Positions 60,297-64,000 of a stretch of DNA of 64,000 nucleotides are shown here, piece by piece. Every line of letters starts with the position of its first letter. Position 1 is the stretch's first letter. Both the position numbers and the translations under genes were made by a program. The notes beneath the pieces are model-generated. The model searched no databases. It had not been told where the DNA came from and saw nothing but the letters and a program-made list of their open reading frames with translations. Source of the stretch: an uncultured delta proteobacterium (GTDB lineage Bacteria; Myxococcota_A; Polyangia; Polyangiales; Polyangiaceae); NCBI GenBank assembly GCA_963696385.1, contig CAVOKF010000008.1:288001-352000 (forward strand), given 5' to 3'.

Positions 60297-62993
60297 ATGG
60301 TCCGCTGCCTTCGCTGCGCTTGCCTTTGCGAGGAGGCCCATGCGTATTGCTTCGCATGCGGTGGCGAGCTGCTCGATTCGGCGCGTGCGACGCCCCAAGA
60401 CACGCTCGTCGGCCGCGAGCTACCCGGCGGATATCGAATCACGTGCCTCATCGGCGTCGGGGGCATGGGACGCGTTTACTGTGCCGAGCAGATCGCCCTC
60501 GGGCGCCTGGTCGCCGTCAAAGTCGTGCACCCGGAGTTCGCCGACGACGAGCTCGCCGCCGCGCGCTTCGTCAACGAGGCGCGAACCGCCAGCCGCTTGA
60601 ATCACCCGAATTCAGTCGCCATTTTCGATTTCGGCATGACGCAAGACGGTCTGCCCTACATCGTCATGGAATACCTGAAAGGTCAGGATCTCGGACGCCT
60701 GGCCCACGCGCGGACCGCATTGCCCTTGAGGCGAATCGTCGACATCCTGCGCCAGACTCTCGCCGCGCTCGACGAGGCCCATGCACTCGGCATCGTCCAC
60801 CGAGACCTCAAGCCCGACAACATCGTGCTCGAGCCGCTGCGGTCCGGCCTCGACATGGTCAAGGTCGTCGACTTCGGGTTGGCCAAGGTCGTCCGCGGCG
60901 ACATCCCCTCCCCGCCCAGGTTCGTGAGCCTTCCCGGTCTGGTGTGCGGCACCCCGGAGTACATGAGCCCCGAGCAGGCTCGAGGCCTTGCACTCGACGG
61001 TCGCAGCGATCTCTACGCGTTGGGCATCGTGCTCTACGAGTTGCTCACAGGGTGCCTGCCGTTTGCCGGCGATGGACCTGCGGGGACGCTGATGCTGCAC
61101 CTGACGGAGCTCGCGATCGATCCGCGCACCATCGCGCCCGAACGGGCCATCCCGGCCGCGTTCGCCGAGGTGGCCATGCACGCCATCGCCAAGTCCCCCG
61201 AAGACCGATTTCAGACGGCGCGCGCCTTCTCGGAGGCGCTGGAGAATGCGCTCTTCGACAGCGAAGGCGGGCACGGCGTCGCCTCGGCACCCCCGACGCC
61301 GATCCGATGCGAACGGTGCGGCGGGACGAGCGCCGTAAGCCAGAAGTTTTGCGGGGGGTGCGGAGCGTCGATGGCCTGGACGGAGCGCGATGCCTACGGA
61401 CCGACCGTACCGCCGCCCGCGTCCGGGTCGGGCGACACGCACACACGCGCGACGTCACCCGCGCACGAGGCGGTGGTGGCTTCCCGACGGTCGGCCTTGC
61501 CCCTGCTGTCGCGAGAAGACGCCATCCGATGGTTCGAAGCCCGACGTGAAGATTCGGCAGTTCTGCCGGCCGCAGCGCACCTGGTCGGCGAAGCTGGGAT
61601 GGGCAAGACGCGGCTTTTGGACTCGATGGCCGCTCGTTGGTCGTCGCGAGGCGACCTCGTCGTCACGGTCGGCACCAATCCGAGCTGGGCGAAGGTCGGC
61701 GACCACGCGGTGAGACAAGCCGTCCGCGCCCTGGCCGGCTTGGCCGATGGCCCATCCGGCGTGAACGAATGGAGCCACGCGAGCTCGCAAGCGGCTCAGG
61801 GTCTCGATGAGATCTTCGGGACACCGGGCCGATCCCGCCGGCCGCCTGCCGAGCGACGCCTCGTCGTGGCCGAGGCGTTGCGCTGGAGTCTCGAGCGGGC
61901 GGCCGAGCGCGCCGGACGTGCGCGTGTCGTTCTGGCCGTCGACGATCTCGATTTCATCGACGGCACGAGCCGCAACGCCTTCGGCGATCTGCTGGCCGAA
62001 CCGCCACCCGTGCCCGCGCTCATCGTCGTGACGTACACGACCGGAACGCGTCCCGTTGGAGACCCCGTCGCCGGTGAAGTCTGGCGACTGCAGCCGCTGC
62101 CGTACGAATCCTTCGCTCACGAGTTTTCGACGCGAACCCTCGTGCCTCACGTTGCGCTCTCGCCGCTTCACGTCGAGCAGCTGCTGGCGTGGGCGGGAGA
62201 ATGCAACGAGCCTCCGCCCGAGCGGCTGGTGGAAATCATTGCGGCTCGCGCCGAGCGACTGCCGCGCGACGCACGCCACGCGCTGCAGGCCATGGCCGTC
62301 TGGGGAGACGCCGTCGGCCGGGACCTGCTGCAAGAGCTTCTGCCCGCGACGGTCGAAGTCGAATCGGCACTGGAGGCGCTGCATCGAGCCGGCATCGCAC
62401 GTGCCGTGGACGGCGGATTTCAAATTGCGCACCCGCTCGTTCGGAGCGTCGTCTTTTCGACGACCCCCGCCGGTCGAAAGCGAGAGCTCTTTGCGCGCGC
62501 CGCGGAGCTCTGCCCCGATGCCCCGTTGGAGGTGCGCGCGCGACAGGCCGTGCACGCCGGCAGCGCCCTGGAGGCGTTGGCCCTACTGGATGCGCTCAGC
62601 GCAGAGCGCGCCGCAAACGCGGATCTCGCAGGCAGCGTCAGCGCTCTGCGTCAAGCGTTGGACGTCGCCCGACGCGAGCTGCACCGCGGCGAGCTCGACG
62701 ACCCGACGGACGCGGTGCTCGTATTCGCGCGAAAGCTCGCCGAAGCGCTCGGAGCCTCTCAACGGTGGTCCGACGCCGAGGGCATCTTGAACGAGGCTCT
62801 CGGCACCGCCGCCCCTGCAAGCGGCCATCGAGCTCACCTGCTCGGCGCCCTGGCTCGAGTCGCAAATGCCCGCGCCCATCCGCGCGAGGCTCGACGGTAT
62901 CTCGACGAAGCGATGCGTGTCGCGCGCCAGTCGGACGCGCGTGAACTGCTCCCCATCCTGGAGCAACTCGACAAATCCATCGCCGTCGCTTGA
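60297..62993 (+). CDS. Ser/Thr kinase with zinc ribbons, P-loop ATPase domain and TPR-like tail
   Basis: HRDLKPDN, DFG and GTPEYMSPE; GEAGMGKT and LAVDD; CxxC pairs. Confidence 0.9.
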   Translation: MVRCLRCACLCEEAHAYCFACGGELLDSARATPQDTLVGRELPGGYRITCLIGVGGMGRVYCAEQIALGRLVAVKVVHPEFADDELAAARFVNEARTASRLNHPNSVAIFDFGMTQDGLPYIVMEYLKGQDLGRLAHARTALPLRRIVDILRQTLAALDEAHALGIVHRDLKPDNIVLEPLRSGLDMVKVVDFGLAKVVRGDIPSPPRFVSLPGLVCGTPEYMSPEQARGLALDGRSDLYALGIVLYELLTGCLPFAGDGPAGTLMLHLTELAIDPRTIAPERAIPAAFAEVAMHAIAKSPEDRFQTARAFSEALENALFDSEGGHGVASAPPTPIRCERCGGTSAVSQKFCGGCGASMAWTERDAYGPTVPPPASGSGDTHTRATSPAHEAVVASRRSALPLLSREDAIRWFEARREDSAVLPAAAHLVGEAGMGKTRLLDSMAARWSSRGDLVVTVGTNPSWAKVGDHAVRQAVRALAGLADGPSGVNEWSHASSQAAQGLDEIFGTPGRSRRPPAERRLVVAEALRWSLERAAERAGRARVVLAVDDLDFIDGTSRNAFGDLLAEPPPVPALIVVTYTTGTRPVGDPVAGEVWRLQPLPYESFAHEFSTRTLVPHVALSPLHVEQLLAWAGECNEPPPERLVEIIAARAERLPRDARHALQAMAVWGDAVGRDLLQELLPATVEVESALEALHRAGIARAVDGGFQIAHPLVRSVVFSTTPAGRKRELFARAAELCPDAPLEVRARQAVHAGSALEALALLDALSAERAANADLAGSVSALRQALDVARRELHRGELDDPTDAVLVFARKLAEALGASQRWSDAEGILNEALGTAAPASGHRAHLLGALARVANARAHPREARRYLDEAMRVARQSDARELLPILEQLDKSIAVA

Positions 62994-63073
62994 GGGTGCT
63001 TCGGTCAATCCCCCGGTTCGATTCGCCAGCCTAAAGTAAGCGATTCGAGAGGTCGTTAAAGCGCGTAACGACC

Positions 63074-64000
63074 ATGGGGACAAAAGTGGGGACGGGTGCG
63101 TCGGCGTTCAGCACGGCGAAGATCGCGGTGGCGGAGGCGGTCCGCAAGGCCTATGTGGGCCTCGGCGGCGCCAAACCAAACTTTGGATTTCGATTTGCAT
63201 CTCCGGACCTCGCGCTTGCCGATTTGCTGGCGATCGCGCGCGACATCACGCAGGCCGAGATCGTGGGCTGTACGAGCGCCGGTGAAATCACCGAAGCCGG
63301 TCTGACCCACGGCGGGATCGCCATCATGCTGGTCGCCTCCGACGCGACGACCGACGTGCGGTTCGCCACAGGCCTCAAAGCCGATCCCGAGAAGGTCGCC
63401 CGAGAGCTCTCTTCGAACCTTGCGGCGACGAAGAAAGCAGCGGCCCCGTACGACCGCCGGAACCTCACGACGGTCCTTTTGACCGATGGTCTGGCCGGCA
63501 CGGGGGAGCGACTCGTCAACGAGCTGTACGAACGTCGCGTCCAAAGCGGCACCCAGATCGTGGGGGGTGCCGCGGGCGACGAGGGTCGCTTCGCGGCGAC
63601 CTGGGTCGGTTCTGGGGCCGGTGCGGCTTCGGACTCTGCGGTCGCGTTGCACATTTTCAGCGAGTTGCCCTGGGGGATCGGGGTCGACCACGGTCTACGG
63701 CCCACCACGAAGCAAATGCGCGTCACGATGGCGGAGGGCAATGTCGTCCAGGAGATCGACGGGCAACCTGCGTTCGCGGCCTACCAGAAGCATGCGGCGG
63801 CGAGAAATGTGCGCCTGACGCCCGAGAACGCGAGTCCCTATCTGATCGCCAACGAGCTCGGCGTTCACTTCTTCGAGCGAATCGGCCGCGCGCGAGCGCC
63901 GCTCTCGGTGGGCCCCAACGGATCGCTCGTATGCGCGGCCGAGGTCCCGAAGGGATCGATGGTGAGCATCCTCGACGGGGAAGCGGACAGTATGATCCTC
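63074..64000 (+). CDS. FIST-domain signal-transduction protein, 3'-truncated (absent from ORF track)
   Basis: MGTKVGTG...IVGCTSAGEI...IVGGAAGDE...EIDGQPA; frame is open to the window end. Confidence 0.85.
   Translation, partial: MGTKVGTGASAFSTAKIAVAEAVRKAYVGLGGAKPNFGFRFASPDLALADLLAIARDITQAEIVGCTSAGEITEAGLTHGGIAIMLVASDATTDVRFATGLKADPEKVARELSSNLAATKKAAAPYDRRNLTTVLLTDGLAGTGERLVNELYERRVQSGTQIVGGAAGDEGRFAATWVGSGAGAASDSAVALHIFSELPWGIGVDHGLRPTTKQMRVTMAEGNVVQEIDGQPAFAAYQKHAAARNVRLTPENASPYLIANELGVHFFERIGRARAPLSVGPNGSLVCAAEVPKGSMVSILDGEADSMIL

Overview
GC-rich chromosomal backbone, most likely from a myxobacterium (Myxococcota, Polyangiaceae/Sorangium-like). This is inferred from PEGA, DUF4388, FHA/zinc-ribbon proteins, Ser/Thr kinases, an Hsp70 paralogue and Asp/Ala-rich lipoproteins. 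About 55 tightly packed CDSs and one tRNA-Thr(CGT). Housekeeping genes: serC, fmt, lhr, ccmC/D, RlmN-like, tatBC, rsfS, proA, thrC, mce, plsB-like, ltaE, clpSA, purE, glgA, RluA-family, purH. Signalling genes: two response regulators, FHA-PP2C, two Hanks kinases and a truncated FIST protein. No transposase, integrase, phage gene or CRISPR array is visible. Best leads: (1) an orphan ParA ATPase fused to two TRASH-like Cys4 modules, paired with a small RHH protein; (2) a stand-alone sigma-region-4 protein with a Cys/His metal module; (3) an alpha/beta-hydrolase with all catalytic residues substituted, next to a 33-bp tandem array; (4) a hairpin REP-like repeat family between convergent genes that supplies the ltaE stop codon; (5) a Myxococcus-type LexA box before a PA0069-type radical SAM gene; (6) -10 boxes 6-9 nt before many start codons, suggesting widespread leaderless mRNAs; (7) an apparent frameshift in the PP2C gene. 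All calls come from reading motifs by eye; no database searches were run.
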